In this document: piece by piece, positions 61,025 to 64,000 of the stretch | Numbering within the stretch: the first letter of the stretch is position 1 | Layout of the letters: each line of letters starts with the position of its first letter | Notes under the pieces: model-generated | What the model saw: the letters and a program-made list of their open reading frames with translations, nothing else | Told to the model about the DNA's origin: nothing | Database searches by the model: none | From: an uncultured Chloroflexia bacterium | Lineage (GTDB): Bacteria; Chloroflexota; Anaerolineae; B4-G1; SLSP01 | DNA length: 64,000 nt | NCBI GenBank assembly: GCA_963751345.1 | Contig: CAVVUS010000030.1 | Coordinates: 96,001 to 160,000, forward strand | Direction: 5' to 3' | Position numbers and translations under genes: made by a program

Positions 61025-64000
61025 ATGAACCGAACTCCAATCTCCTTCGCCTGGGTTGCGCTGCTGGGTATCACGATGGTCGCATTTGCAGTGATCCCCA
61101 TCCGTGGCGCATTGCCCGCGACGGCGGATGCCCAGCCCGATACACGTACGGACGGCGAATCATCCTTTCTGGTCGATGCGGATGCATCGGCCCCGCGCTT
61201 GCGGCTACGAGTAGGGACATTCGATCCTCTGCAGCATGCGATTCCGGTGCCGCAGGGCCAGTCGCGCTATCTGCCCACGTCGCAACCCGCCCTGCGGTTG
61301 ATCCAGTTCCCCGGCCCCATCCAAGACGCCTGGTATGACGAGATGGTTCGAGCCGGCCTGGAGATCGTGACTTATGTGCCGGACTATGCCTACCTCGTGT
61401 GGGGCACCGGCGATGCGGTAGGGCGCGTAGCCTCACGCTCACCGGTGCGCTGGACGGGGGACTACCTCCCGACCTACGCGCTCTATCCGGGGCTTCTCAA
61501 CTCCGCCGACTCCGCCATTGATGTGTCCGTGAACGTCCAGGTCTATCAGCACGACAACGCGAAATCGACGCTCGCTTTGATCGTGGGAGAGGCTACCCGG
61601 GTCGTGCGTGCGCCATCCACACTCCGCAGCAAGACCACACTGGGGATTGAGATCGCGGCGAAGAAGTTGGCATGGCTTGCCAAGCTCCCGGATGTAATCA
61701 CCGTCGAGCCGCTCCTGCAGCCGCAGCCCCTGGACGAGATCCAGGGCCAACTCGTCGCGGGGCAACTGACCCTCGATGGCGCGCAGCCTTCCGGACCTGG
61801 CTATCTCCACTGGCTCACCGCCACGGTAGGGTTCACCACCGTGGCAGATGCCTACCCCATCGTCGACATCACCGATGATGGCATCGATGACGGTGACGCT
61901 ACCCCCCAGCATCCGGACTTCTACGAACTTGGCGACACCAACTTGGCCGATCGCCTGATCTACAACTATAACTGGACGCAGGACCCCGCTGCCGATGGCG
62001 GAGGCGGCCACGGAAACCTTAACGCGTCCATCGTTGGCGGATACAACGCGCTGACCGGCTATCCCTATGAGGATGGCGGGGGCTACAATTACGGGCTGGG
62101 AATCAGTCCCTTCGGACGAATTGCGGGCTCGAAAGTCTTTGGAAATTCGAGCGGGTGGTCTGCCCCAAGCTACTCGGTGCTTGTGGCTAACGCGTATACG
62201 TTAGGTGCACGCATCATCTCGAATTCGTGGGGCGAGCAGCCCGGCACGGGCGAATACCTGGTGGATGACCAAGCCTATGACGCCCTGGTACGCGACGCGG
62301 ACCCGCTGACACCCGGGGAACAGCCTGTCACCATCATCTTCTCGGCGGGCAACTCGGGGCCCAACGCTACCACGACAGGCTCGCCTGCAAACGCAAAGAA
62401 TGTCATCTCGGTGGGCGCATCGGAGAACTATCGGCCAACGTGGACCGATGGTTGTGGCTTCGGCCCAGCCGCGGCCAACAATGCTAATGACATCGCGAGC
62501 TTTTCCAGCCGGGGGCCCACGGTTGACGGGCGGATGAAACCCGAGTTGGTCGCGCCGGGCACACACATTCAGGGAGCCGCAACCCAGAGCACCTCATATA
62601 CCGGTGCCTACGTCTGTGACACCTACCACCCCATCGGACAGACGCTCTATGCAGCGTCGTCCGGAACCAGCCATTCCGCGCCGGCTGTGGCCGGGGCTGC
62701 CTCCCTATTCTTCCGCTTCTACCAGGATCACTACGCCGACACGCCACCCAGCCCGGCTATGGTGAAGGCTTACCTCGTCAACGCAGCGCGCTACCTTGAT
62801 GGAGTCAGCTCGGGCGATACGCTTCCGTCCTATCAACAGGGCTACGGCGCTCTTGACTTGGGCTCAGCCTTTGAAGATGTCCCGCGGATCGTGCAGGATC
62901 AGGAAACGGTACTCCATTCCACCGGCGAATCCGTGGTACTTGAGGGATCCATCGCTCGAAACGACATTCCGTTTCGGGTAACCCTTGCCTGGACCGATGT
63001 CCCCGGCCCGACGACGGCCGCGGCGTACGTCAATAATCTCGATCTCGTGGTCACCGTCGGAGGACAGACCTACCGCGGCAACAGCTTCTCGGGTGCCACG
63101 TCAATCCCCGGGGGCAGCGCCGATCCTCGCAACAACGTGGAGAGCGTCTTCCTGCCGGCGGGCGTGCAAGGCACTTTCGTGATCTCGGTCGAAGGCACAA
63201 ACGTTGCCGGTGACGGGGTACCCGGCAATGGAGATCCCACAGACCAGGATTTCGCCCTGGTCTGCACCAACTGCCAGCGATCCTCCGGCTTCGCCTTTCA
63301 GGTGACACCGTACCACCCAGGCGGTCTGCCGGCCCAGCTCCGCGATCTTACACGGTGAGCACGACCGCGTTTGCCGGCTACGTGGAAGAGATCGCGCTGC
63401 AGACAGCCGGACAGCCTGCCGGCGCCACGACGGTCTTCACCCCTAATCCCGTCGTGGCGGGTATGGAAAGCACACTGACGATCGATCCGGCGGAACAGGC
63501 TGCCCCGGGCAACTATCTCATCGATGTGACAGGCGCCACTCCGACACAGGTCCAGACGGTGACGATCGGCCTCGATCTCTTTGTGTCCTCGCCCGGCACA
63601 CCCGGGCCGGTCAGCCCGATCGATGGCGCAGAGAACGTGTCGCTACGACCGACGCTCTCCTGGGCATCCGTGCCACAGGCTCAGCTCTATACCGTCGAGG
63701 TCTCGATGGATTCGACTTTCTCAAACCTCGTCTACACCGCTACATCAAAGACGGTCAGCCACACCCTGACGCAGGCGTTGGCACAGGACACCCTCTATTA
63801 CTGGCGCGTCATCGCGGAGAATGTCTGTGGGCCGGGCACGGCCTCCGAGGCCTATGGCTTCACGACGCAACCCAACGCCCTCCCGCTGTGTAGCGAACCG
63901 CACCTGGGAATCCCGGATGCCAATGCTGTAGGTGTCACAGATCTTCTTCAGGTCCCGTCGGATGGCGCACTGACCGACCTGAATGTCGAGATCTCCCTGA
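61025..64000 (+). CDS. Secreted S8 (subtilisin-like) serine protease with C-terminal Ig/FN3-like and probable P-domain modules (frameshifts near 63310-63350; runs off the window)
   Basis: Signal peptide; triad D (DITDDG), H (GGHGNLNAS), S (SGTSHSAP); oxyanion SAGNSG. The downstream frame reads PTLSW..YYWRVIAENVCG..IPDAN..LTDLNVEISL. Confidence 0.88.

Noticed and set aside
9046-63360. Frameshifts in pyk, the XPB partner, TPR gene, prmC, glgP, recF, rpsA, 7TM gene, ftsK, RsmF-like gene, ABC permease, rnc and the S8 protease as pseudogenes or programmed frameshifting
   Set aside because: They are single-base indels, often in short homopolymers, scattered through essential genes whose motifs are otherwise intact. 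This fits long-read consensus error, and no slippery-site pattern is shared. Read polishing would settle it.

Overview
High-GC bacterial chromosome segment. The gene families (7TM-HTH regulator, double-zinc-ribbon membrane protein, XPB operon, hybrid kinase next to a sugar ABC transporter) suggest Chloroflexota/Anaerolineae; this is an inference. It is mostly housekeeping: tRNA-Gln(UUG), pyk, radC, thyX, leuS, kptA, rfbB, prmC, glgP, recF, infA, two S1 paralogues, gmk, xerD, PNP, ftsK, an RsmB/RsmF methyltransferase, a BMP-type nucleoside ABC transporter, clpC, rnc and a secreted S8 protease. About 13 genes carry 1-bp frameshifts, most likely long-read consensus errors. No CRISPR array, IS element or prophage was seen. 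Four signals stand out. (1) A translationally coupled operon encodes XPB and two proteins that repeat XPB's own N-terminal module (p52/Tfb2-like), followed by a TPR protein with a TFIIB-cyclin-like C-terminus: a possible bacterial TFIIH-like assembly. (2) Several families of short hairpin or tandem repeats (an 18-bp ACGCCGTCCSAGGCGC unit, a CCCTCTCCC/GGGGAG element, 8-bp ACGT arrays) sit inside conserved coding genes in different frames and on both strands. (3) An MscS channel is fused to a ParB/Srx-like domain. (4) LeuRS has two large insertions, one resembling a circularly permuted DUF5666 OB-fold.
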